The position numbers and the translations under genes are program-made. DNA of 62,641 bases, counting the filler. It is 7 parts of 7 records of this genome, joined end to end, with 100 filler letters (N's around TTAATTAATTAA, not from the genome) between each part and the next. Parts side by side here need not be neighbours in the genome. Positions count along the whole stretch, not along the records: positions 56,881 to 62,641 come from SRR31156797_4495; 6 more parts are not named here. One strand, given 5' to 3'. Shown here one piece after another: positions 58,213 through 62,641 of this stretch. Positions within the stretch are counted from its first letter, which is position 1; the number at the start of each line of letters is the position of its first letter. The notes under the pieces are model-generated. The model ran no database searches. It was not told the DNA's origin and worked only from the letters and a program-made list of their open reading frames with translations.

Positions 58213-60489
58213 ATGAGAGAAATAAAAATTATAGTAATGTTAATTGCATTTTTAATAAATCTAAATGCAAAAGAGCTTGAAAAAGTTTCAATAGAACTTG
58301 ACTGGTTGCATCAATTCCAATTTGCAGGGTATTATATAGCTAAAGAAAAAGGCTATTATGAAAATGAAGGTATTGATGTTGATATAAAAGAATATACATT
58401 TAATACAGATGTTGTAAAAAATGTTTTAAATAAAAGAAGTACATATGGTATAGGAAAATCATCTTTAATAATTGACAGGTTGGATAACAAAAAAGTAGTT
58501 TTACTAAATGCAATTTATCAAAGTTCACCAATGGTTTTATTGACTTTAAAAGAATCAAATATATCTTCACCTAGTGAATTAATTAATAAAAAAGTGATGT
58601 TAACACCAGATGCAAGGTCTGCTGCTAGTATTAACTCAATGATTATTTCTCAAGGTTTAAAATTAAGTGATATCAAGTTTCAAAAACACTCTTTTAATTT
58701 AGATGATTTAATCAATAAAAAAACAGATGCTATGGGGTGCTATTTATCAAACGAACCATATATTCTTGAAAAAAAAGGTATAAAGTACAATATTTTAAAT
58801 CCTAGTAAATATGGGTTTGACTTTTATGGAGGAATTTTCTTTACTTCAGAAGATGAAATAAAAAACCACTCAAAGAGATTAAGAAAAGTTTATAGAGCAA
58901 CAATGAAAGGTTGGGAATATGCTTTTAATAATATTGAAGATACTGCAAAACTGATATATAAAAAATATAATACTCAAAATAAAAGCTTGGATTCTTTGAT
59001 TTATGAGGGTCAAACTCTAAAGAAAATATCAAAAATCGACCAAGGTATGCTTGGAGTAATTGATAAAAAAAGAATTGAAGAGATTAAAAGGTTATATATT
59101 TTATTGGGATTTGGGAAAAACTCAAATGTTCCAAGTGCAGATGAGTTTGTGTATAACATTTCAAAAATATCATACACTGAAAACCAAAAAGAGTTTGCAA
59201 GACAAACAGATATAAAACTTCTTACGAATGATACATTTCCACCTTTTACCTTAATGCTAAATAATCAAATAAGTGGAATGGAGATAGATTACTGGAATCT
59301 AATATCTAAAAAAATAGATTTTAGAACTAGCCAGATTGAGATATTTAAAAACCTGCAAGAGGGAATTGAAAAGATTAAAAGCGATGCTAATTATGTAAAA
59401 TATACATTTAGTAAAAAAGATTTAAATGAAAACTTTATTTATACAGATCCAATAAGTGAAATAAAAATTGAAGTTGCAACCTTGAAAGATAAACCTTATA
59501 TCTCGGATACACTTATACTAAATAATAAAAAAATAGCAATATCTAAATACTCAGTGATGTATAATACACTACAAAAAAAGCATCCAAAGATTGACTTTGT
59601 TGCAGTCTCTAATGAAAAAGAAGCCTTAAAACTTTTAAAAGAGAAAAAAGTCTATGGCTTTGTTAGTAAAATGCCTCTACTAAACTATATGATTTCAAAC
59701 GATGATCTTTTAGATGTTAAAATAGCAGGCTCTTTTGATGAAAAATTTGAGATGAAACTTCTTGTAAATAAAGAAAATAAAATGCTTTTATCTCTTTTAA
59801 ATGAGGCTATATCATCTATAAGTGACACAGATAGAGAATTGATAAACTCAAAATACTATTCAATTATAAAAGAAAATACAACTGATTACTCTAGTTTGTA
59901 TAAAATAGTTCTTCCTCTTTTAGTTATTATATTTTTTGTAATACGAAGCAATAGAATTATGAATAAAGAGATTAAAAAAAGAAAAGAGATAGAAAAAGAG
60001 TTAAATATCGTTGCAAATATCGATTCATTGACAAATATTTATAACAGAAGAAAAATGGAATCTATTATTGATTCTGAGATAGAAAGATCAAAAAGATACA
60101 AAAGAGACCTTTCTTTTATATTTTTTGATATAGATAACTTCAAAGAGATAAATGATAACTTTGGTCACTCTACGGGTGATTTTGTTTTAGCAAACATTGC
60201 TTCACTTGTAAAAACTAATATTAGAAAAACAGACTATTTTGCTAGATGGGGTGGTGAAGAGTTTATAATAATACTTCCTGAAACAAATAAAGACAAAGCT
60301 AAAAATATAGCAGAGCAATTAAAAGAAAAAATATCTTTTCATGATTTTAATCTAAATAAAAAAACAACTTGTAGTTTTGGGATTTCTCAACTTAAAGAAG
60401 ATGATACAGAAGATTCAATAATATCTAGAGTTGATAAAGCTATGTATTTTGTAAAAGAGAATGGGAAAAATGATATAAAAGTGGTATAA
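58213..60489 (+). CDS. Diguanylate cyclase with NMT1/THI5-like and family-3 solute-binding periplasmic domains
   Basis: LDWLHQFQFAGYYIAKEKGYY NMT1-like start; a second SBP domain; TM; RKTD...GGEEF. Confidence 0.88.
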   Translation: MREIKIIVMLIAFLINLNAKELEKVSIELDWLHQFQFAGYYIAKEKGYYENEGIDVDIKEYTFNTDVVKNVLNKRSTYGIGKSSLIIDRLDNKKVVLLNAIYQSSPMVLLTLKESNISSPSELINKKVMLTPDARSAASINSMIISQGLKLSDIKFQKHSFNLDDLINKKTDAMGCYLSNEPYILEKKGIKYNILNPSKYGFDFYGGIFFTSEDEIKNHSKRLRKVYRATMKGWEYAFNNIEDTAKLIYKKYNTQNKSLDSLIYEGQTLKKISKIDQGMLGVIDKKRIEEIKRLYILLGFGKNSNVPSADEFVYNISKISYTENQKEFARQTDIKLLTNDTFPPFTLMLNNQISGMEIDYWNLISKKIDFRTSQIEIFKNLQEGIEKIKSDANYVKYTFSKKDLNENFIYTDPISEIKIEVATLKDKPYISDTLILNNKKIAISKYSVMYNTLQKKHPKIDFVAVSNEKEALKLLKEKKVYGFVSKMPLLNYMISNDDLLDVKIAGSFDEKFEMKLLVNKENKMLLSLLNEAISSISDTDRELINSKYYSIIKENTTDYSSLYKIVLPLLVIIFFVIRSNRIMNKEIKKRKEIEKELNIVANIDSLTNIYNRRKMESIIDSEIERSKRYKRDLSFIFFDIDNFKEINDNFGHSTGDFVLANIASLVKTNIRKTDYFARWGGEEFIIILPETNKDKAKNIAEQLKEKISFHDFNLNKKTTCSFGISQLKEDDTEDSIISRVDKAMYFVKENGKNDIKVV

Positions 60490-60501
60490 CCACTTTTATA
60501 T
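60473..60501. terminator. Hairpin between convergent genes (possible bidirectional terminator)
   Basis: ATATAAAAGTGGT-ATA-ACCACTTTTATAT, a 13-bp inverted repeat. Confidence 0.55.
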
Positions 60502-60502
60502 T

Positions 60503-62317
60503 TTATAATTGATATTTCTTTATAAACTCATCACTTATATCTAAAATTCCTCTTTGTCTTAAACTTTCAATAACCTCTTTTGAACAATCAACATCATCAG
60601 GCCATCTTCTATCAAAGTTATCTAGTGAATTTTTATTTGTTCCATCTAAACATAAACAATTTGAATCAATATATAAATCTCTATTTGAATCAATATTATT
60701 AACAACTCTCCAAACTAACATATAAGTATTTTCAACATCATTTTGATTTGCATCATCAACAATAACTAAAATCTTAATGTTCCCATATAAAGGTTTTAAA
60801 TCTTCAAATAGTTGTTTTTGATTTCTTTTTTTATCCACTGTTATTACTGTAACTGGATTTTTTGTATTAGTAAAATACTGTTTTAAAGTTTTAACTTCAT
60901 CAGTAATTTCGTTCATTTTAGAAAGTAACTCTACATCACTTAATACAGTAATTCCAAGTTCGCTAACCTCTTCTCCTGTACAATCAAGTCCTAGTTTTCC
61001 ACCAACTGCAAATTTTGGACTAGAGTGGTCAAGTGCATCAACTACACCTCTTGAAACTAAAATATCATCAATATTTATTCTATTTAGTATATGTTCACTA
61101 ATGGCTTCATGCTCTGTTAACTCAGGAGCATCTTCACCTACAAAAATTGCATGTTTTACAAAACTCATTTGCCCTACTCCCCAAAATGCATGCATCATTT
61201 GTTGTGCATGTCCTGGATATAGAGTTTTTATTTTTGCAATAATCAGGTTATGAAAAACACCATTTTCAGGCATATAATAATCAATTAAATCTGGAGCAGT
61301 AGTTTTCAATAGTGGTAAAAAAATTCTTTCAGTTGCAAATCCCATATATTTATCTTCTAAAGGTGGTTTTCCAACTACTGTTGCAAGATATGTAGGTTTT
61401 TCTTTACTAGTTATTGCTGAAACTTCTAAAAAGGGATATTCCTCTTCAAGTGTATAATAACCAGTATGATCTCCAAAAGGTCCCTCTATTTTCATTTTTG
61501 ATGTATCAACAAAACCTTCAATAATAAAGTCGTTATCTTTTGGAACCCAAATATCATTTGTAATTGATTTTACAAGTTGTGCATTTTTGTTTTTAACAAA
61601 ACCGTAAAGCATAAGTTCAAATACACCAATTGGTAAAGGAGCTTGTCCACACCAAATATACATAGGATCTCCACCAATACCAATTGATACTGGCATTTTT
61701 TTACCTGCTTTTTTATATTCATGGAAGAAATGATTAGAATCTTTGTGAATTTGCCAATGCATCCCTAAAGTATGATCATCATAAACTTGTAATCTATACA
61801 TCCCTAGATTTTTCATCTCACCATTTAATGAAGTAGTATAAACTTGCCCCATAGTGATAAAAGGTCCACCATCTTGTTCCCAAGTAGTTAAAATAGGTAA
61901 ATCAGATAATTTTGCCTCATCTGCTAATTTAATAACTTGTTGACATTCACCTTTCCCTTTATTCTTTTTAGGGATTGTATTTTTTAGTGCAAATAATTTT
62001 CCAAAAGTTGATAATTTTTCAGAAAAAGTTGTAGGTGGTTTCATTTTAAGAAGGCTTTCAATCTCAGAACCAATCTTATCTCCGTCACCTATAAATAATT
62101 TCACAGCTTTTTCATTGCAAAAAACATTCATTAAAACAGGAATATCAAATTTTTTACCAGTTTTTTTATCAACAACATTTGTAAAAAGGATTGCTTTAGA
62201 ATCCTCTTTCTTAACTTCAATATATGCAATGTGAGGTACTTCAAGATAAATATCTAATTCATCATCAATAACTCTTAGCAAATCATTATTTTTTAAAATT
62301 TCTATTGCTTCTTTCAT
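60503..62317 (-). CDS. UbiD-family menaquinone (futalosine pathway) biosynthesis decarboxylase
   Basis: NLGMYRLQ, EGPFGDHTGYY and GKPPLED motifs; the 604-aa long form with a duplicated C-terminal segment. Confidence 0.9.
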   Translation of the reverse strand: MKEAIEILKNNDLLRVIDDELDIYLEVPHIAYIEVKKEDSKAILFTNVVDKKTGKKFDIPVLMNVFCNEKAVKLFIGDGDKIGSEIESLLKMKPPTTFSEKLSTFGKLFALKNTIPKKNKGKGECQQVIKLADEAKLSDLPILTTWEQDGGPFITMGQVYTTSLNGEMKNLGMYRLQVYDDHTLGMHWQIHKDSNHFFHEYKKAGKKMPVSIGIGGDPMYIWCGQAPLPIGVFELMLYGFVKNKNAQLVKSITNDIWVPKDNDFIIEGFVDTSKMKIEGPFGDHTGYYTLEEEYPFLEVSAITSKEKPTYLATVVGKPPLEDKYMGFATERIFLPLLKTTAPDLIDYYMPENGVFHNLIIAKIKTLYPGHAQQMMHAFWGVGQMSFVKHAIFVGEDAPELTEHEAISEHILNRINIDDILVSRGVVDALDHSSPKFAVGGKLGLDCTGEEVSELGITVLSDVELLSKMNEITDEVKTLKQYFTNTKNPVTVITVDKKRNQKQLFEDLKPLYGNIKILVIVDDANQNDVENTYMLVWRVVNNIDSNRDLYIDSNCLCLDGTNKNSLDNFDRRWPDDVDCSKEVIESLRQRGILDISDEFIKKYQL

Positions 62318-62401
62318 TATATCCTCAAAATAACCAAAAAATTAGTTTAAATCTTATATCATTTTATCCATAAAAAAAAGTTTATAGTAGGTGATTTATA
62401 T

Positions 62402-62641
62402 ATGATTAATAATTTTAATGAAATAATTAATAGAAAAAATACCTCATGTGTTAAATATGATGGTTTGAAAAAATATTTTGGTGATGAAGATTTACAACCT
62501 CTTTGGGTTGCAGATATGGATTTTAAAACCCCTAAAGTTGTAAATGATGTAATAGAAAAAAAAGCAAAGTTTGGAGTTTATGGATACCCTATTCCAACAG
62601 AAAAAACATACAACCTTGTAAAAGAATGGATGAAAAAAAGA
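62402..62641 (+). CDS. PLP-dependent MalY/PatB-family C-S lyase, 3'-truncated
   Basis: MINNFNEIINRKNTSCVKYD...PLWVADMDF...GVYGY; not in the ORF track. Confidence 0.88.
   Translation, partial: MINNFNEIINRKNTSCVKYDGLKKYFGDEDLQPLWVADMDFKTPKVVNDVIEKKAKFGVYGYPIPTEKTYNLVKEWMKKR

Overview
This window is not one locus. It is seven unrelated contigs joined by artificial 100-nt spacers (N44-TTAATTAATTAA-N44). (1) 1-7630: AT-rich Arcobacteraceae-like flagellar cluster (pflB-like, flaG, fliY, motAB, flgJ, flgN, flgA-like, flhF, flhG, fliE, flgC). (2) 7731-19825: FCB-group bacterium (Marinimicrobia-like, inferred) with two tandem secreted GH18 paralogs, a DUF6057-like gene, dnaG, a 2-hydroxyacid dehydrogenase, lgt and a double-LamG lipoprotein; both ends break in heptamer repeats. 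(3) 19926-32928: Clostridia-like, with a DUF4145/HEPN-like-TM-NPCBM-like membrane protein, helD, erythrin-VIT1, pgsA, msmX/ugpC, a T-box-led small ORF-valS-folC operon, a HAD hydrolase, an internally deleted IS256 relic and partial metE. (4) 33029-42790: Desulfovibrionaceae-like, with an iscU-like gene, umuDC, htpX-degQ-methyltransferase, pfkA and cydAB. (5) 42891-48748: Bacteroidota hypothetical and lipoprotein genes plus an aldo/keto reductase. (6) 48849-56780: GATC-rich Campylobacterota with two partial MCPs, two tandem CxxCH-bearing diguanylate cyclases, a kefC-like gene and nhaA. (7) 56881-62641: Arcobacteraceae-like, with pabA/trpG, an NMT1-SBP-GGDEF gene, a UbiD-family menaquinone decarboxylase and partial malY/patB. 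Best leads: the membrane-anchored degenerate HEPN-like protein with an external NPCBM-like domain; a methyltransferase that appears to start at a non-canonical ATC codon coupled to degQ; tandem heme-c sensor diguanylate cyclases; a Na+-type (PomAB-like) stator signature in a Campylobacterota flagellar cluster; and a small membrane protein under valine T-box control. No CRISPR array, rRNA, tRNA or intact mobile element was seen. All family and taxon calls come from motif recognition by eye, not database searches.
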